Of a stretch of 32,000 bases of DNA, positions 11,130 through 19,770 are shown piece by piece. How positions within the stretch are numbered: position 1 is the first letter of the stretch; each line of letters starts with the position of its first letter. The stretch is from Shewanellaceae bacterium UBA2521 (lineage in GTDB: Bacteria; Pseudomonadota; Gammaproteobacteria; Enterobacterales; Shewanellaceae): assembly GCA_002341165.1 (NCBI GenBank), contig DDNL01000090.1, positions 1 through 32,000 on the forward strand, read 5' to 3'. Both the position numbers and the translations under genes were made by a program. The notes beneath the pieces are model-generated. The model was not told where the DNA came from, ran no database searches, and was given only the letters and a program-made list of their open reading frames with translations.

Positions 11130-11170
11130 TAAAAAAAGCCTTTGCTTTACATGCATGCAAGGCAAAGGCT
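11130..11170 (-). terminator. Rho-independent terminator after the distal channel gene
   Basis: On the - strand, AGCCTTTGC-(16 nt)-GCAAAGGCT forms a 9-bp perfect stem followed directly by TTTTTTT. It lies about 30 bp after the stop at 11203. Confidence 0.7.
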
Positions 11171-11202
11171 AAATTTCTCTCGTTATATATATGGTAAAGC
11201 GA

Positions 11203-12411
11203 CTAATTCATATATGAATCGCCATAATACTTAGATTTTTGATCTTGCCACTCAAGCGTATGTCGCAGCTCAAGAATAGCAATATTTAATTCTTCTAATC
11301 GATCAAACTTTTTGGATACAACAAAGCCAAAATTCTGCCTAAAGAACTGAAAAGGTAAAATAACAAAGTTTTCATAATTACCTTTTCTTTGTTCTTTTTT
11401 CAAACTAAATCGGTTCACCGCATCATCATTGATCATCGCATCAATCACACCAATATCCATAGCATAAAACTTCTCAGATACAGAGTCATAGCCAATATAA
11501 GAAATCCCTTTTTCTCGAGCATAAGCTTCATGGGTTGTACCACTTTGAACACCAACTCTATAATTGATTAAATCACCCACCCCTGAAATCGAACTACTTT
11601 GAACACCAAGCGTAAAGTAACTGGCTAATAAAGCCGTGATACCTGCTAAAAATAAAGTACTAAATACTGCGAGGAACACAGCTAAGACACGACCTGTTAA
11701 GGTTTTAAACTCATAATAATTAAATGGCCCTTTTGTAATAAATAGCAAGCCTAAAATAAAAGCCTCAATAGCTCGCTTGAAATAACCCAGTTTATCCATA
11801 GCATAAATTTTGTCATTTATATTATGCTCTAAAAAATAAAAAACTATAGATACTGTAATTGCTAAAAAGAACAATAAAGAAATAATTCCTGTAAATCGAC
11901 TCGATTGAAATAAAGATTTAAATTGTTCCCAAGCATTTGATCTTCTTGTGACAATAGATACGTAGGTTTCAAAGTAAGAGTGAGTAAAGCTTGCTCTTTT
12001 GAAACGCTCAGAGGTAATAGTGGTACAAGATAAGCCAATATCAAGCTCATTCTCCATGACATTTTCTAGATGCTCTTTCCAAGTCACGCGATGAAGCTCA
12101 TACTCAAGCCCTAACTGAGCGGCGACTTTGTCCCAAAGATAAACAGCTAAACCCGTTGTTGTGCCATCTTCGTTAAAAAAAACGAAAGGTTCACACTCAG
12201 CAGCTCCAACTTGAATCGCTCCTGATTTCTCTTTTTTTAAATCTTTTTGTCTTGCTTCCTCTTGTTGTTCTAATTTACGAAGCGCTTCATAATCAACCTG
12301 ATTAAACTCTTCCTCTTGCGCAAAGGATAAAGAAATACTGGCGGTAACAAAGCCTACCCAAAAGCAACATTTAAGGATATGTTTAGTAAAAGATATATAT
12401 TTGGCTTTCAT
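11203..12411 (-). CDS. Periplasmic amino-acid-binding (SBP family 3-like) domain split by a two-TM pore: GluR0/iGluR-like ligand-gated channel, paralog A
   Basis: 402 aa. Order of parts: signal peptide; lobe-1 segment (VGAAECEPFVF...GLAVYLW...TTITSERFKRASFTHSYF); TM1 (IISLLFFLAITVSIVFYFL); pore helix and loop (AIEAFILGLLFITKGPFNYYEF); inner helix (TLTGRVLAVFLAVFSTLFLAGITALLASYF, closely resembling KcsA TLWGRCVAVVVMVAGITSFGLVTAALATWF); lobe-2 segment (VGVQSGTTHEAY...GVIDAMINDDAV). No further TM segment follows. Confidence 0.7.
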   Translation of the reverse strand: MKAKYISFTKHILKCCFWVGFVTASISLSFAQEEEFNQVDYEALRKLEQQEEARQKDLKKEKSGAIQVGAAECEPFVFFNEDGTTTGLAVYLWDKVAAQLGLEYELHRVTWKEHLENVMENELDIGLSCTTITSERFKRASFTHSYFETYVSIVTRRSNAWEQFKSLFQSSRFTGIISLLFFLAITVSIVFYFLEHNINDKIYAMDKLGYFKRAIEAFILGLLFITKGPFNYYEFKTLTGRVLAVFLAVFSTLFLAGITALLASYFTLGVQSSSISGVGDLINYRVGVQSGTTHEAYAREKGISYIGYDSVSEKFYAMDIGVIDAMINDDAVNRFSLKKEQRKGNYENFVILPFQFFRQNFGFVVSKKFDRLEELNIAILELRHTLEWQDQKSKYYGDSYMN

Positions 12412-12479
12412 AACAAAAGTACCTATAACATTAATTTTTATCTACACAGTAGGCAAAAAACTATTTCAAACAAAAGCAA

Positions 12480-13703
12480 CTAATTTAAATATGCTTCTCC
12501 ATAGTATTTTCTTTTCTGCTCTTCCCACTCAGATGTTTCTCGAATACGCAGTAACTCGACATTAAGTTCATCACGCTTTTTAAAAAACTTAGAGATAACA
12601 ATACCTATGTTTTGTCTTAAAAACTGATGAGGTAAAATCTCTAGGTTCTCAAACTTTCTACTTAACTGCTCTCTAGGTAAGAGATATCGATTGATTGCAT
12701 CATCAGTAATGATTGCATCCACAACTCCTACCTCAACAGCATGATATTGCTCGAGTGTTGATTCATAAGGAATATAAGAAATACCTTTGCTTTTTGCATA
12801 AGCTTCATTAGTCGTACCAGCGTGGACAGCTATTCTGAAATTGGCCAATTCTGAAACGTTACGAATACGATGACTCTGGATACCTGTAATCAAAATACTC
12901 GCCATCAATGCCGTGATACTCGCTAAAAATAATGTACTAAATACCCCTAGCAAAACCGCCAGAACTCGACCTGTTAAAGTTTTAAATTCATAATAGTTAA
13001 AAGGCCCTTTGGTGATAAAGAGTAACCCCAAAATAAAAGCTTCGATAATGCGCTTGAACCAGCCTAGCTTATCCATTGCATAGATTTTATCGTTAATATT
13101 GTGTTCTAAAAAATAGAACACAATAGAAACGGCTATGGACAAACAAAAGAGTAAAAGCACAATACTTGAGAACTGATTAGATTTAAATAAAGCTAATATT
13201 TGCTCCCATGTATCCGATTTCTCTGTGACAATAGAGACATAGGTTTCAAAAAAAGGATAGGAAAAATAAACACTTTGAGCCCGAGAAGCGCTAATTGATG
13301 TACAAGATAAACCAATATCAATTCTACCTTCACCGGCATACTCAAGATGTTCGGGGAATGAAGTGCGCTCAATGGTATATTTCAGGTTAAGATTCTTAGC
13401 AATTTGCTTCCATAAATAAACAGTCAAGCCCGTCACGCTACCATCTTCTTCGTAAAATACAAACGGAGGACACTCTGCAGCACCAACTCTAACTTCATCT
13501 GTATTTCTTTTTTGCTTATGTGACTGTTCTTGCTTGTTAAAAAGCTCCTGATCTGCAACATTGAAATCTGATTCATTCGCATAAGAGACATAAGATAAAA
13601 TAAGGCCAACTGATGCCATCATCAGTACCAAAACTGGTTTTAAGCGCATATAAACTAACACATAACATATATCTTTGTAGCGTCTATCCATCATTTTTTG
13701 CAT
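12480..13703 (-). CDS. GluR0/iGluR-like ligand-gated channel, paralog B
   Basis: 407 aa with the same architecture as paralog A. The pore module is 58/60 identical to A, while the binding lobes are only roughly half identical. The start is uncertain: the ATG at 13649 (MRLKPVLVLMMASVG...) would give a cleaner signal peptide. The 68-bp gap to paralog A has no terminator, so the two are probably one operon. Confidence 0.7.
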   Translation of the reverse strand: MQKMMDRRYKDICYVLVYMRLKPVLVLMMASVGLILSYVSYANESDFNVADQELFNKQEQSHKQKRNTDEVRVGAAECPPFVFYEEDGSVTGLTVYLWKQIAKNLNLKYTIERTSFPEHLEYAGEGRIDIGLSCTSISASRAQSVYFSYPFFETYVSIVTEKSDTWEQILALFKSNQFSSIVLLLFCLSIAVSIVFYFLEHNINDKIYAMDKLGWFKRIIEAFILGLLFITKGPFNYYEFKTLTGRVLAVLLGVFSTLFLASITALMASILITGIQSHRIRNVSELANFRIAVHAGTTNEAYAKSKGISYIPYESTLEQYHAVEVGVVDAIITDDAINRYLLPREQLSRKFENLEILPHQFLRQNIGIVISKFFKKRDELNVELLRIRETSEWEEQKRKYYGEAYLN

Positions 13704-13875
13704 CTACTCTGTGGTTCTCTTTCAGTCGTTACATTCGGAAAATTTTGATAAAGACATACAACTATTAATCATAGCCTAAAAATAGGGGCTACAAATTCTA
13801 AAGTGCTTAAAGACCATGCCGATACATCGAAATAGTAGATATGAAGAACTTTAGGCATGAGAATAGAGGTTTGTC

Positions 13876-14667
13876 ATGGACTTTAAATTAATCGCACATA
13901 AACTAATGCCATGGGTATTTACAGCTATATTTTTTAGTGGTATTTCTACATTCTTCTTCACTTTCAAACTTTTTCATAATGTCGATAAGCTAGAAATTGC
14001 GTCACAAGAAAAGTTTCAGTCTTACCTAGTAGCCGATGAGTTACGCCAAAGCTCAGATGATCTCACTAGATTAGTAAGAACTTTTGTTATAACAGGTAAT
14101 GATGACTATGAAAAAATGTTCAAAGATGTCATCTCGATTAGAGATGGCATGACTCCTCGACCTCAAAACTACCATCAAATCTATTGGGATTTCGTTATGA
14201 AACATGGTGATAAACCCAAGCCTGATGGGGAACCTATTGCCATACGAGAACGTATGCGTCAGCTCAGCTTTGCAGAGCAAGAACTTAAGTATCTCACTAA
14301 AGCTAAAGACAATTCAGATAAGCTCATCGGAATTGAAATGGATGCGATCAACGCAACGCGTGGCTTATATCGAGACGAAAGCGATAAATATACCCAAAAA
14401 GGACCTAAGAAAATCCAGTGGGCTATTCAAATCTTGCATAATAGACAATATCATAAAGAAAAAGCGAAAATCATGCGCCCGATTGATAACTTTCTATATG
14501 CTGTAGAAAAGCGCACTTCAGATGCCTTCAGCGATAAAATTAAATCAATTAATAATGCCATCATGTTCATTCTTTTTATCAATGCAGGATTATTGATCTT
14601 CTCTGTATTGAGCTTTGTCTCTTTAATACTTGATAAAAAGAACATTAAAAAAGAGCAAGAAAATTAA
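13876..14667 (+). CDS. Two-TM membrane protein with a periplasmic helical sensor-like domain and no cytoplasmic output domain
   Basis: 263 aa. TM1 is about residues 11-33 and TM2 about residues 229-252, leaving only about 11 residues after TM2. The periplasmic segment contains YLVADELRQSSDDLTRLVRTFVITGNDDYEKMF...RDGMTPRPQNYHQIYWDF. From memory this resembles N-terminal sensor modules fused to HK, GGDEF or MCP outputs in other gammaproteobacteria; I have not verified that. Confidence 0.45.
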   Translation: MDFKLIAHKLMPWVFTAIFFSGISTFFFTFKLFHNVDKLEIASQEKFQSYLVADELRQSSDDLTRLVRTFVITGNDDYEKMFKDVISIRDGMTPRPQNYHQIYWDFVMKHGDKPKPDGEPIAIRERMRQLSFAEQELKYLTKAKDNSDKLIGIEMDAINATRGLYRDESDKYTQKGPKKIQWAIQILHNRQYHKEKAKIMRPIDNFLYAVEKRTSDAFSDKIKSINNAIMFILFINAGLLIFSVLSFVSLILDKKNIKKEQEN

Positions 14668-14692
14668 GAGAAAGCTTGAATTTTGTATTGAA

Positions 14693-14737
14693 AAGCCATG
14701 CATTGAGTACACATCTTTGATGCTATGGCTTTTTTTG
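14693..14737 (+). terminator. Rho-independent terminator of the sensor-like gene
   Basis: AGCCATGCAT-(16 nt)-ATGCTATGGCT forms a stem with a one-nt bulge, followed by TTTTTTT. It lies 26 bp after the stop codon. Confidence 0.65.
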
Positions 14738-14858
14738 ATACTTTTTTTCAAACATACTGATTAAAGCTCAACCACTTCACAAGCCAGCACTCAACCCAAG
14801 TTCAATTATGATATACTGCTCAATTGACTCTGATTTTGGTTACAACATATCGTATTTT

Positions 14859-15014
14859 ATGAAAAAAAAAGATTTGCCAACTAAAATTTGTCCTGTTTGC
14901 CAACGCCCTTTCACTTGGCGCAAAAAGTGGCAAAAAGTCTGGTTACAAGTGCGTTATTGCTCTGAGCGCTGCAGACGCAAACGCTCTACGCATAAGGCAG
15001 ACCCTCATACATAA
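14859..15014 (+). CDS. DUF2256-family small zinc-ribbon protein
   Basis: 51 aa: [42 protein letters not shown]. The CxxC...WRKKW...YCSxRC pattern is characteristic of DUF2256. I prefer the ATG at 14859 over the upstream ATG at 14808. Confidence 0.65.
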   Translation: MKKKDLPTKICPVCQRPFTWRKKWQKVWLQVRYCSERCRRKRSTHKADPHT

Positions 15015-15162
15015 TAAGAAATGTTGCTTTAACCTTTATAAAGAAGAAGATAGCTAGGCAAAATATACGCTAAGAAGAAAAGGTTTGGGCTAATAAAATC
15101 ATATCAGCTTTCTATAAAACGCATGCCAAAATATCAACACACACCTTTTCTTTTGATAGTCA

Positions 15163-16794
15163 CTACACTTGAAACTTACCTGTCATGTTTCTTAAATCTG
15201 TTGCTAAGCTGAGAAGATCACTACTTGATTTATTCAGTCCTTCTGCCTGATCAGATGTTGCTTGAGCAGAACTGTGCACATTTTTGAGTGACTTAATTGT
15301 TTCCTCAATAATATCTTCCTGTCTACTACTTGCTGTAACGATTAACTTATTGCCTTGATTAATCTTTTTCATAGCCAACTCAATGGTATTGAGTACACCA
15401 CTTGCAGCTTGTGCTTTTCCGCCCGTTTCATTGGCATATCTTGAGCTTTCTATAATCGACTCAACCGCTTTACGTGTACCCTGCTGAACTTGCTGTACTG
15501 AATTCCTAATTTCTGTTGTGGAGTTGAGGGTTCGGTTTGCGAGAGTTCTCACCTCATCGGCAACAACAGCAAAGCCTCTTCCTTTCTCTCCTGCACGCGC
15601 CGCTTCAATCGCAGCATTAAGCGCCAACAAGTTTGTTTGATCTGCAATATCATTGATGACACTGATTACAGATTCAATACTCTCTACTTCATCACTTAAA
15701 GTCACAATATCATTGTTAATTTCTGTGACCTTTTGCACAAGAACCTGTGTTGACTCAACAGACTCATTCACCACTTCGTGCCCTATTTCCGCCTCTGACA
15801 ATGCATCACTTGCAATATTGTTTGCATTTTCTGCATGCGCTGAAACTTCTTTTGCACTATCGCAAAGAGAGTTAATAGAAACATCAATGGTATCGAGTTT
15901 GGCCAGCTGATCTTGAATGCCATCAGCCGTATCATTACCAATAGCGACAATATTATCAGATGTTTTTTTAAGATTTTGTGAAGCAACATTGATCTGTGTC
16001 ATGATCAGATGAATCTGCTTGAGCATATCATTTAAATCAACCGACATCACTGAGATTTCATAAGGACAAAGTGTATCGGCTTTAACTGTTAAATTACTGT
16101 TTTGCGATACATCACTTAAAACACCTGATAGGTTTTTGATAGATTTTTGAATCGCTCTATAGTTAAAGACGTTCACAGCAATCATAAAAATAATAACAAG
16201 AATATTCAGTATAACGGTCAAATTTTGTATCGAGCTATACTGATCTGCTATCGTTTTACGCTCAAGAGAAGCTTGGTTCAGTTGAATCTCAACCAGTTCA
16301 GTAATCTTATTACTGATCGGATCAATCGTATCATAAAGCGGACCATCAAAGTCGTTCAGCTGATAAGCAACGCGTCCTTTCATCGTACCCAGCTTACGAA
16401 TTACATCATCAACAGATTTATCTGCTGGAATAAAAAGCGCTTCAGCCTCTTTAGCCAATTCAAGCTCCTCTTCAGGCAGCTCAGACTCTTTATAAATTTT
16501 CCAGTTTTTCGCAATATGACCTTTAGCAAACTCTAAATTCTCTTTTGCTTCTTCTGCCGTTACAATACCTGTGTTCGCTTTGTTCACAGCATCAATAATT
16601 AATACAGCATAATCGTCTGCAATGGTCTTAAGCGTACGTAAAGGCACAACGCTGGAGTCGTAAATAGATACCGCCGAGCTCTCGATACCTTGAAGGGACT
16701 TTAAAGATAAAAAAGCAAACCCTATCAAGAAAAGCAGAGGCACAACAGATGTGATAATTAATCGATATTTAATACTGAGTTGGCTCAAACTCAT
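15163..16794 (-). CDS. Methyl-accepting chemotaxis protein (four-helix-bundle periplasmic sensor, HAMP, MCP signalling domain)
   Basis: 543 aa with TM1 (residues 10-30), a periplasmic domain of about 160 aa, TM2 ([16 protein letters not shown]), then the canonical hairpin-tip sequence [35 protein letters not shown]. Confidence 0.9.
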   Translation of the reverse strand: MSLSQLSIKYRLIITSVVPLLFLIGFAFLSLKSLQGIESSAVSIYDSSVVPLRTLKTIADDYAVLIIDAVNKANTGIVTAEEAKENLEFAKGHIAKNWKIYKESELPEEELELAKEAEALFIPADKSVDDVIRKLGTMKGRVAYQLNDFDGPLYDTIDPISNKITELVEIQLNQASLERKTIADQYSSIQNLTVILNILVIIFMIAVNVFNYRAIQKSIKNLSGVLSDVSQNSNLTVKADTLCPYEISVMSVDLNDMLKQIHLIMTQINVASQNLKKTSDNIVAIGNDTADGIQDQLAKLDTIDVSINSLCDSAKEVSAHAENANNIASDALSEAEIGHEVVNESVESTQVLVQKVTEINNDIVTLSDEVESIESVISVINDIADQTNLLALNAAIEAARAGEKGRGFAVVADEVRTLANRTLNSTTEIRNSVQQVQQGTRKAVESIIESSRYANETGGKAQAASGVLNTIELAMKKINQGNKLIVTASSRQEDIIEETIKSLKNVHSSAQATSDQAEGLNKSSSDLLSLATDLRNMTGKFQV

Positions 16795-16930
16795 ACGTAC
16801 ATGAACTCTATCAAAATTTAAACATACTTTTTAATATAGACCATGCATATCACTCATAGTGATAATTTCTGATACTTTAATCTTGGCATGCGTTCGGAGG
16901 CTGAGCATGAGCTACATTCACGTTTACATT

Positions 16931-17264
16931 GCAGCCCAAGACTCTCTAGTGATTGTTGTGTATTTGTAAAACCATTCTTCTTGGCTGATAAAAATAAATA
17001 ATTTCATCGCCATTTTTATGTTTGAGTGAAGTGCTCAAGTTAAAATCATCAGAATATCAAACTCAAGTGCCTTGGTTTTTGTGGTTGAGTCAATCCTTTG
17101 AAAAAGCTTATAACTTGAATCGAAACTACCTCATCAAACTCGTCCAAGAAGAGCATGTATCGCAAGATTATTTTTTCCACACACTGATTCACTTTGCAAG
17201 CGTAGAAACTAAAGCGGTTGAGCCAGAGTTACGTCTCATGCATCGCTGTCGTAACAGCAGCTAA
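16931..17264 (+). pseudogene. eptA: Decayed 3' fragment of a phosphoethanolamine transferase (EptA-like sulfatase-family) gene
   Basis: ORF 17022-17264 encodes QVPWFLWLSQSFEKAYNLNRNYLIKLVQEEHVSQDYFFHTLIHFASVETKAVEPELRLMHRC. This aligns to the E. coli EptA C-terminus as remembered (QVPMLLWLSEDYQKRYQVDQNCLQKQAQTQHYSQDNLFSTLLGLTGVETKYYQAADDILQTC). Upstream, in another frame, DSLVIVVYL*NHSSWL resembles TSLVYLSDHGESL with a TAA where Ser is expected, followed by a frameshift. About 80 percent of the gene (the N-terminal TM and catalytic part) is missing. Confidence 0.75.
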
Positions 17265-17295
17265 TGTATACATGATCATTTGTCCATAGAACGAC

Positions 17296-17317
17296 GCACC
17301 TTCATTGCTGAAGGTGC
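17296..17317 (-). terminator. Hairpin just downstream of the MMPL gene stop (possible terminator)
   Basis: GCACCTTCA-ttgc-TGAAGGTGC is a perfect 9-bp stem 5 bp after the stop at 17322. The trailing sequence on the - strand (GTCGTTCTATGG) is only moderately U-rich. Confidence 0.35.
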
Positions 17318-17321
17318 AATG

Positions 17322-19586
17322 TCATGGTTCAAGCTTGAGGTGATGCACAAACTGAGGTTGTATCCACTTAATCAGCGCAGGTAATACAGCAATGCTTGTA
17401 AAAAAGCTGATTCCTACAGCTAAAAACACGATACCACCGAAATGATTTAACGGCGTTACTTCACTGAGTAATAAAGCAGCAAAGCCTAATCCTATCGTGA
17501 GAAAGTTGAAAAGCAAAGCGCGTCCTGTACTGGTAAACAGCGGCTTTAACACTGTATCAAAAGATTGAGCTGTTTCACGCTCTGCACATAAATGTTGAAT
17601 GCGCACTAAAGTATGAATTGAAAAATCAACACCCAAGCCTATAGCAACACTAGCAAACATAGATGTACCAATACCTAAGGCAATATCCATCAATCCCATC
17701 AAAGCATAAATAATCAAAATAGATACTACAACAGGACAAAGCACTAAGAAACCGGCTAAAACAGAGCGAAACAGCATCATTGAAATAAATCCGACTAAAC
17801 ACAAGGTCACAACAATACTGTAAAAGTGACTCGCTCCAATAGCGCTGACCCATTGATTATGCACATACACCTGACCTGTCATCGTCACTTGCATACCTAA
17901 ATCGCTCAGCTCACGATCAATGTAGGATTGAATGTCCTGTAAAATAGGATGCACCGTTGCGTAATCAATATAATTGACTTGTATGCGCATATTCGCTCTT
18001 GTTTGATCTGCATTCATAGCCTGGCGGATTGGAAATTTTTGCTCTGCGAGTTGCTCTAAGAACTGTTGAGTCGCTTGCTCATTCGCTGTCCATTTCAAAT
18101 CAAGAGACTCTGTACCTTGTTTCAAATAATTAATATAAGAAAACGCACTGCCCATATAATCCAGACTGAGAATATAATCTTGTAGTTGCGCAATATGTTC
18201 TATTCTATCGGGACGAAGTAGCCCTTGTTTTTCTGATGTTTCAAAAACAATATCAAGTGTACTTGAACCACCCATATGTTGATTAATTTTTGCATCCGCT
18301 GCGTAAAGTGGCGAATCCGCTTTTAAAATACCAAGACGAGAATCATTTACGCGCACCTGTGTAACTCCGATGATTCCAAGCACAACACACAACATACTTG
18401 CCGCAATAATAAAGCGATAATTGAGCAACACTTTCTCACCCATTTTCGCCATGACAACACCAAAAAAATCTAAATGAGCGCGATCCGATGCCGTACCTGC
18501 AACACGGTAAGAAGGGCTAGGTTTTAACTCAAGTAAAGCAAGACAAGCAGGTAAAAAACAGATGGAATAAAACCACGCTGCGGCAACACCTATTGCTGCA
18601 AACAATCCCAAGTAACGAAAAGGCGGCATATCAGAGCTCCAGTATAACCCCATAAAACCTGATATAGTTGTGAGCGATGTTAACGTAATGGGCTGACCCA
18701 TCTTTAACATGGTGTGCACAACAACTTGTTTTGCATCCCATTGAGGGTGCAATGCCATCAACTCATAGTATTGATTAAAAATATGAATCGCATCTGCAAC
18801 CGCAATACCCAACAAAATAGCTAATAAACCATTTGTCGTTACAAAAAAAGGAATATCAACAAAACTCATCAAACCTAAAGCAAAGATCAATGTACTGAGC
18901 ACCACAACATAAGGCAAAATCGTAGCGCGCAAAGTGCGATAAGCAATAAATAAAATCAGTACCATAATGAACCCTGCAATAGGATTCATTTTTTTTGCAT
19001 CTTGATCAACATACTCACCTAAGTAACCACTGAAAGCACCTTCGCCTGCAACATAAATCTCAACACCTTCTGGTTTATCCATCTGACGCACTTGCTCCAA
19101 TACATCCAGATAAATCTGAGCAGCTTGTTGCTCATCATCCATCTCAGCCGAAATCAAGGTCATTTTTTTATCCGATGAATAAAGCATACCCTGATAAAAA
19201 TGAAGCAGCTTTGCCTGTTGCTCGACCATGGATACAGAGAACTCTTGCTTGAAGAAAGGCAAAGTTTGCAAACTGGTTACACGGGCTGAATCAATCAATG
19301 CGTGATCTTGTAACCTTTGGGTTAAATCAGAAATCAGTTGCAAAACTTCTGTGTTGAATACGCTATCGTTATGATAGATCGCAACCACAAGAGGATCAGT
19401 TAAACCAAATAAAGCTTTAACTTTCTTTTTGTGTACTAAAGCAGGATGATCTGTGCTTAAAAAAGAATCAGCTGATGTATCTCGAGTCAGATCAAATAAG
19501 CCTGTTGCCATGATCAGACATAAAACCAAACACAGAAAAAGTATTTGCTTTGGGTAACGCACTATAGATTGAAAAAAAATCAGCAA
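17322..19586 (-). CDS. MMPL/RND-superfamily membrane transporter (stand-alone; HpnN- or predicted-exporter-like)
   Basis: 754 aa with two repeats of a TM bundle plus a large periplasmic loop. The first bundle reads NPIAGFIMVLILFIAYRTLRATILPYVVVLSTLIFALGLMSF...LLAILLGIAVADAIHIF. The second has an equivalent bundle, MMLFRSVLAGFLVLCPVVVSILIIYALMGL...SVAIGLGVDFSIH. The apparent start is TTG, and the conserved N-terminal TM1 would be lost if the first internal ATG were used. Confidence 0.75.
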   Translation of the reverse strand: MLIFFQSIVRYPKQILFLCLVLCLIMATGLFDLTRDTSADSFLSTDHPALVHKKKVKALFGLTDPLVVAIYHNDSVFNTEVLQLISDLTQRLQDHALIDSARVTSLQTLPFFKQEFSVSMVEQQAKLLHFYQGMLYSSDKKMTLISAEMDDEQQAAQIYLDVLEQVRQMDKPEGVEIYVAGEGAFSGYLGEYVDQDAKKMNPIAGFIMVLILFIAYRTLRATILPYVVVLSTLIFALGLMSFVDIPFFVTTNGLLAILLGIAVADAIHIFNQYYELMALHPQWDAKQVVVHTMLKMGQPITLTSLTTISGFMGLYWSSDMPPFRYLGLFAAIGVAAAWFYSICFLPACLALLELKPSPSYRVAGTASDRAHLDFFGVVMAKMGEKVLLNYRFIIAASMLCVVLGIIGVTQVRVNDSRLGILKADSPLYAADAKINQHMGGSSTLDIVFETSEKQGLLRPDRIEHIAQLQDYILSLDYMGSAFSYINYLKQGTESLDLKWTANEQATQQFLEQLAEQKFPIRQAMNADQTRANMRIQVNYIDYATVHPILQDIQSYIDRELSDLGMQVTMTGQVYVHNQWVSAIGASHFYSIVVTLCLVGFISMMLFRSVLAGFLVLCPVVVSILIIYALMGLMDIALGIGTSMFASVAIGLGVDFSIHTLVRIQHLCAERETAQSFDTVLKPLFTSTGRALLFNFLTIGLGFAALLLSEVTPLNHFGGIVFLAVGISFFTSIAVLPALIKWIQPQFVHHLKLEP

Positions 19587-19770
19587 ATTTGATATTCCCT
19601 TATCTTTTGATTCAAAAAATGCTCATAACCAATCAAGTTGATACGACATACGAAGCACTTTATTTTTTGACAAGCAGCGTAAAGCAAAAAAAATCAACAT
19701 CGCTTTTATTAAAATAGAATGTGTTATTTAACTTATCTGATGCAGTGAACCTTTCAACACAATTTAATCA

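Noticed and set aside
14862-14870. A9 run right after the DUF2256 start codon as a phase-variation tract
   Set aside because: It simply encodes the Lys-rich N-terminus (MKKKD) common in this family. It is too short and too ordinary in an AT-rich genome to single out.
16147-16536. 129-aa + strand ORF and other antisense ORFs within the MCP gene (15653-15910, 15783-15989)
   Set aside because: They are contained within a canonical MCP gene, either antisense or out of frame, and show no independent motifs.
17022-17264. 80-aa ORF as an intact hypothetical gene
   Set aside because: It corresponds to the extreme C-terminus of EptA-family enzymes with a TTG pseudo-start. Upstream homology continues in another frame with a stop codon. 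I called it a pseudogene fragment instead.
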